Positions 60,447 through 64,000 of a DNA stretch of 64,000 nt are shown here, piece by piece (positions within the stretch are counted from its first letter, which is position 1; the number at the start of each line of letters is the position of its first letter). Location: positions 10,243-74,242 of the forward strand of contig JADBJK010000055.1 in NCBI GenBank assembly GCA_014874485.1, read 5' to 3'. The notes below the pieces were generated by a model that saw nothing but the letters and a program-made list of their open reading frames with translations, did no database searches and was not told where the DNA came from. Source of the stretch: Chloroflexota bacterium. Lineage in GTDB: Bacteria; Chloroflexota; Anaerolineae; DTLA01. The position numbers and the translations under genes were made by a program.

Positions 60447-62084
60447 ATGAACAAGAAGTTCGTGCTGGTTTCGCTGCTCGTTGTCGTCGCGATGCTGGTC
60501 TCGGCCTGCGGCGGCGGGGGCGAGAAGTTGGCCAAGTCCATCAACTTGAACCTTGGCACCGAGCCGCCCACGCTGGACCCCGGCCTGGCCACCGACACCA
60601 CGTCGGTTCAGTGCGATGAGTTGCTCTTCTTGGGCCTGACCGACTTTGACGACAAGACCCTGGAGACCATCCCCGAACTGGCCACCAAGTGGGAAGTCTC
60701 GCCCGATGGCCTGACCTGGACGTTCTACATGCGCAAGGACGTCGTCTGGGTGCACTACGACCCCGCGACCAAGAAGGTAACGGAGAAGGGCCCCGTAACC
60801 GCCTATGACATTGAGTACGGCGTGAAGCGCACCCTGGACCCGGTTACCGCGTCCGACTACGCGTATGTGGACTACATCATCAAGAACGGCCAGAAGTTCA
60901 ACACCGGCGAGATCACCGACGCCAACGAAGTCGGCGTGAAGGCGCTGGATGCCTACACCATCCAGTTCACGCTGGAGAAGCCGGCGGGCTACTTCGCGGG
61001 TATCGCGGGCATGTGGGTCAACCGCCCGGTTCCTCGTGAGCCCATTGAGAAGTTCGGCGACAAGTGGACCGAGCCTGGCAACATCTGGACCAACGGCCCG
61101 TACATGCTGGAGACGTGGGAACACGAGAACAAGATGGTCATGGTGAAGAACCCGAAGTTCTTCAACGCCAAGAACGTCTCCATTGAGACCATCAACTGGG
61201 CCATGGTCGTGGAAGAGTCCACCGCGTTCGCCATGTACGAGAACGGCGAACTGGATGTCTGCGGTGTCCCGTCGGCCGACCTAGACCGCGTGCGAGCCGA
61301 TCCGGTGCTCAGCAAGGAACTGTACACCGCCCCGTACCTGTGCACCTACTACTACGGCTTCAACAACACCAAGCCGCCGTTTGACAACAAACTGGTCCGC
61401 CAGGCGTTCTCCATGACCATTGATCGCAAGAAACTGGTTGAGACCGTGTTGAAGGGCGGCCAGAAGCCGGCCAAGACCTTCGCTTGCCCGGGCATCTTCG
61501 GCTCCCCGGCGGAAGACCCGAACTTCCCCGAGATTCCGTTTGATCCCGCGAAGGCGAAGCAGTTGCTGGCCGAGGCCGGGTATCCCGATGGCAAGGGCCT
61601 GCCCGAGATCACCCTGATGTACAACACCTCGGAAGGCCACAAGCGCATCGCCGAGTTCATCCAGCAGGGTTGGAAGGAGCACCTGGGCGTGGAAGTCAAA
61701 CTGGCCAACCAGGAGTGGGCGGTCTACCTGAAGACGGTCCATGGCCCGGACACGCCGCAGATTTACCGCCTTGGCTGGTGCGCCGACTACCCGGATGAGA
61801 ACAACTGGGTGCTGGAAGTCTTCCACCCGACGCTCGGCTCCAACGACATCAAGTGGAACAACGCCGAGTTCGCCCGGTTGACCGAGGAAGCGGCAGCCGC
61901 ATCGGATCCGGCGAAGCGCAAGGAACTCTACTTCCAGGCTGAGAAGATCCTGGTCCACGACGAAGCGGCCATCGCTCCCATCTACTACTACGTCCGCGTC
62001 GTCTGCACCAAGCCGTACGTAGAGCGCACCTACGCTCCGTTGGGCGGCGAGCACATTGACAAGTGGAAAGTGAAAGCCCACTAG
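60447..62084 (+). CDS. oppA: Oligopeptide ABC transporter substrate-binding lipoprotein
   Basis: Lipobox VSAC, EPPTLDP, W..S.DG..WTF, NGPY, W.ADY.D. Confidence 0.93.
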   Translation: MNKKFVLVSLLVVVAMLVSACGGGGEKLAKSINLNLGTEPPTLDPGLATDTTSVQCDELLFLGLTDFDDKTLETIPELATKWEVSPDGLTWTFYMRKDVVWVHYDPATKKVTEKGPVTAYDIEYGVKRTLDPVTASDYAYVDYIIKNGQKFNTGEITDANEVGVKALDAYTIQFTLEKPAGYFAGIAGMWVNRPVPREPIEKFGDKWTEPGNIWTNGPYMLETWEHENKMVMVKNPKFFNAKNVSIETINWAMVVEESTAFAMYENGELDVCGVPSADLDRVRADPVLSKELYTAPYLCTYYYGFNNTKPPFDNKLVRQAFSMTIDRKKLVETVLKGGQKPAKTFACPGIFGSPAEDPNFPEIPFDPAKAKQLLAEAGYPDGKGLPEITLMYNTSEGHKRIAEFIQQGWKEHLGVEVKLANQEWAVYLKTVHGPDTPQIYRLGWCADYPDENNWVLEVFHPTLGSNDIKWNNAEFARLTEEAAAASDPAKRKELYFQAEKILVHDEAAIAPIYYYVRVVCTKPYVERTYAPLGGEHIDKWKVKAH

Positions 62085-62100
62085 TCTAGGACGACCTTAC

Positions 62101-62138
62101 GGCTACGTAGCCCCGCGCAGGGGCTACGTAGCCCTTTC
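62101..62138 (+). terminator. Hairpin after oppA (terminator or stability element)
   Basis: GGCTACGTAGCCCC-GCGCA-GGGGCTACGTAGCC followed by CTTT. Confidence 0.6.
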
Positions 62139-62243
62139 GCATCAGACAATCCAGAGACCGCAGAGAGGCGGCTGAAAGACGTACCAAAGGCGGCTCTTGC
62201 GCCGCCAGGTTTTTTTCAAAGTAACCTGTGTGGGGGAAGTGGA

Positions 62244-63164
62244 ATGCTGAGATACATCGTGCGAAGACTCTTGTGGATGATTCCGGTATTGCTGTTCATC
62301 TCCATTGTAACCTTTGCGTTGTCGCACGCGGTGCCAGGTGGCCCATTTGACCGCGAGAAGAAACTTCCGCCGGAAGTGGTGGCCAACCTGGAGAAGTACT
62401 ATGGACTGGACAAACCCCTGTACCAGCAATACCTGAATTATATTGGCAATATTGTTACGAAGTTTGATTTTGGCCCGTCCATGCGGCAACGCGGCCGCAC
62501 CGTCAATGAGATTTTCGCAGATCACCTGCCGATTTCGGCGCAGTTGGGCGTGTTGGCGCTTCTCGTAGCACTTGTCATCGGGATTCCGCTGGGGATTGTG
62601 GCTGCGCTGAAACAGAACACGTTCTGGGACTATCTCGGGATGGGGATTGCGGTGTTCGGGGTTTCTGTGCCGAACATTGTGCTGGGCCCGCTGCTCATCT
62701 GGATTTTCGCGCTGGCCCTGGGCTGGTTCCCGGTCGCAGGCTGGGGCAAGCCGTCGCAGATGGTCCTGCCCTCCATTGCCCTGGGGCTGGGCTCCTCGGC
62801 CATCATCGGGCGACTCACCCGCGCCAGCATGTTGCAGGTGATCCGCGAGGACTACATCCGCACGGCCCGCGCCAAAGGGCTCACGGAGCGCGTGATCATG
62901 GTCCGCCACGCCCTCAAGAATGCTTTCATCCCTGTAGCGACGGTGCTGGGGCCCATGTTCGCCGCGCTGACCACCGGCACCTTCGTGGTGGAGCAAATCT
63001 TCGCGATTCCAGGGATGGGCAAGTACTTCATCACCAGCGTAACCAACCGCGACTACGCGGTGGTGATGGGCACGACGCTCCTGTACGCCGTGTTCCTGGT
63101 CATCGCAAACCTGGCTGTGGACATTACGTACGCATTCCTAGATCCGCGTATTCGCTATACATAA
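62244..63164 (+). CDS. oppB: Oligopeptide ABC transporter permease
   Basis: YIVRRLL, PGGPF, DYIRTARAKGL, RHALKNA, LDPRIR. Confidence 0.95.
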   Translation: MLRYIVRRLLWMIPVLLFISIVTFALSHAVPGGPFDREKKLPPEVVANLEKYYGLDKPLYQQYLNYIGNIVTKFDFGPSMRQRGRTVNEIFADHLPISAQLGVLALLVALVIGIPLGIVAALKQNTFWDYLGMGIAVFGVSVPNIVLGPLLIWIFALALGWFPVAGWGKPSQMVLPSIALGLGSSAIIGRLTRASMLQVIREDYIRTARAKGLTERVIMVRHALKNAFIPVATVLGPMFAALTTGTFVVEQIFAIPGMGKYFITSVTNRDYAVVMGTTLLYAVFLVIANLAVDITYAFLDPRIRYT

Positions 63165-63249
63165 CCTAAGACCGCTCGCCGCCCAGGCCACTGCACACGG
63201 AAAGTCGCCGGATGCGAGTGGCCGGGATAGAGCGTGAGGAGGAGATAGA

Positions 63250-64000
63250 ATGACCGTTCAAGAGCGAGCCGCCAGCCGACTTACGGCACGCGAGCAGCGC
63301 GAGACCAACCTGTGGGCCGACGCGTTCCGAAGGCTCATCCGCAACCGTGCGGCGTTGGTCGGCGGCCTCATTGTCCTTGGCCTGATCCTGACGGCCATCT
63401 TCGCGCCCCAAATCGCGCCGATGCACTACGCCGAGGGCGATTCGTACAACGCCCTGACCGTGCCTTCCTGGCTGGCACCCTTCCTGCCCATCAAGAACAT
63501 CCAGTCGTATGCCAAGATCAACAACAATTTCCTGCTCGGTTCTGACGAACTGGGCCGAGACATCTTCAGTCGCATCGTCTATGGCACGCGGGTCTCGCTG
63601 CCCGTGGGGTTCATGGGTGCCCTCACAGCCCTCATTATCGGCCTGGCTTATGGCTGCATTTCCGGCTACTACGGTGGCAAGGTGGACAACATCATGATGC
63701 GCATTGTGGACATCATGTACGCTTTCCCCACGATGCTGCTCATCATCCTGCTCATGGCGTTCTTCAAGTCCACCTTCGCCCAAGTCCAGGAGCCGGGCAC
63801 AATCGCCTACACCTTCAACCAAATCAACAAGGTCGTGGACCGATTCCTGGGCCTGCAGGGTGGGGGCATGCTGTTCATCTTCATGGGCATCGGCCTGACC
63901 GCGTGGATGGGCATGGCCCGTCTGGCGCGCGGGCAGATTCTCTCCCTGAAGGAGAAGGAGTTCATTGAGGCGGCCCACACCGTGGGCGCGGGGGATTTGC
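63250..64000 (+). CDS. oppC: Oligopeptide ABC transporter permease (3' truncated)
   Basis: ATG at 63250 with SD; LGSDELGRDIFSRIVYGTRVSL, GYYGGKVD..MR..D, ARGQILSLKEKEFIEAA. Confidence 0.93.
   Translation, partial: MTVQERAASRLTAREQRETNLWADAFRRLIRNRAALVGGLIVLGLILTAIFAPQIAPMHYAEGDSYNALTVPSWLAPFLPIKNIQSYAKINNNFLLGSDELGRDIFSRIVYGTRVSLPVGFMGALTALIIGLAYGCISGYYGGKVDNIMMRIVDIMYAFPTMLLIILLMAFFKSTFAQVQEPGTIAYTFNQINKVVDRFLGLQGGGMLFIFMGIGLTAWMGMARLARGQILSLKEKEFIEAAHTVGAGDL

Noticed and set aside
60373..60450. 25-codon upstream ORF (TTG...TGA) overlapping the oppA ATG, or a riboswitch in the opp leader
   Set aside because: The SD-like AAAGGGGGTG is too close to the TTG, oppA has its own SD, and I recognised no riboswitch motif.

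Overview
GC-rich bacterial chromosome segment. Gene content and protein style suggest a Chloroflexota (Anaerolineae-like) organism, which is an inference. It carries core genes (gyrB 3' part, a sigma-70 factor, ftsH, T-box-regulated proS, dnaN-recF, rsmG, dnaA, queA, murJ, tRNA-Val(CAC), oppABC) and accessory modules: an arsenic cassette (DUF318 permease, small thioredoxin, Acr3), a lower-GC TcmP/DUF5131 pair, an ABC-2 exporter and several hydrolases. Highlights: (1) An operon of a U32-like TIM-barrel protein plus two tandem fusions of a DapA-family aldolase to a formaldehyde-activating-enzyme (Fae) domain. The two Fae halves have lost complementary motifs, suggesting a formaldehyde-channelling aldolase heteromer. 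(2) An in-frame UGA with a SECIS-like hairpin joins two ORFs into a membrane-anchored CGU selenoprotein. It lies in an ArsR / Fe-S / triple-thioredoxin-CcdA / YqeB cluster that shares an operator-like palindrome with the distant ars cassette. (3) Intergenic DNA is dense with modular palindromic repeats, often wrapped in MITE-like shells with conserved ends; one module is inserted inside the proS T-box and one family bounds a duplicated recF promoter. No CRISPR array, rRNA, transposase or integrase gene was seen. All family assignments come from recognising motifs by eye; no database search was run.
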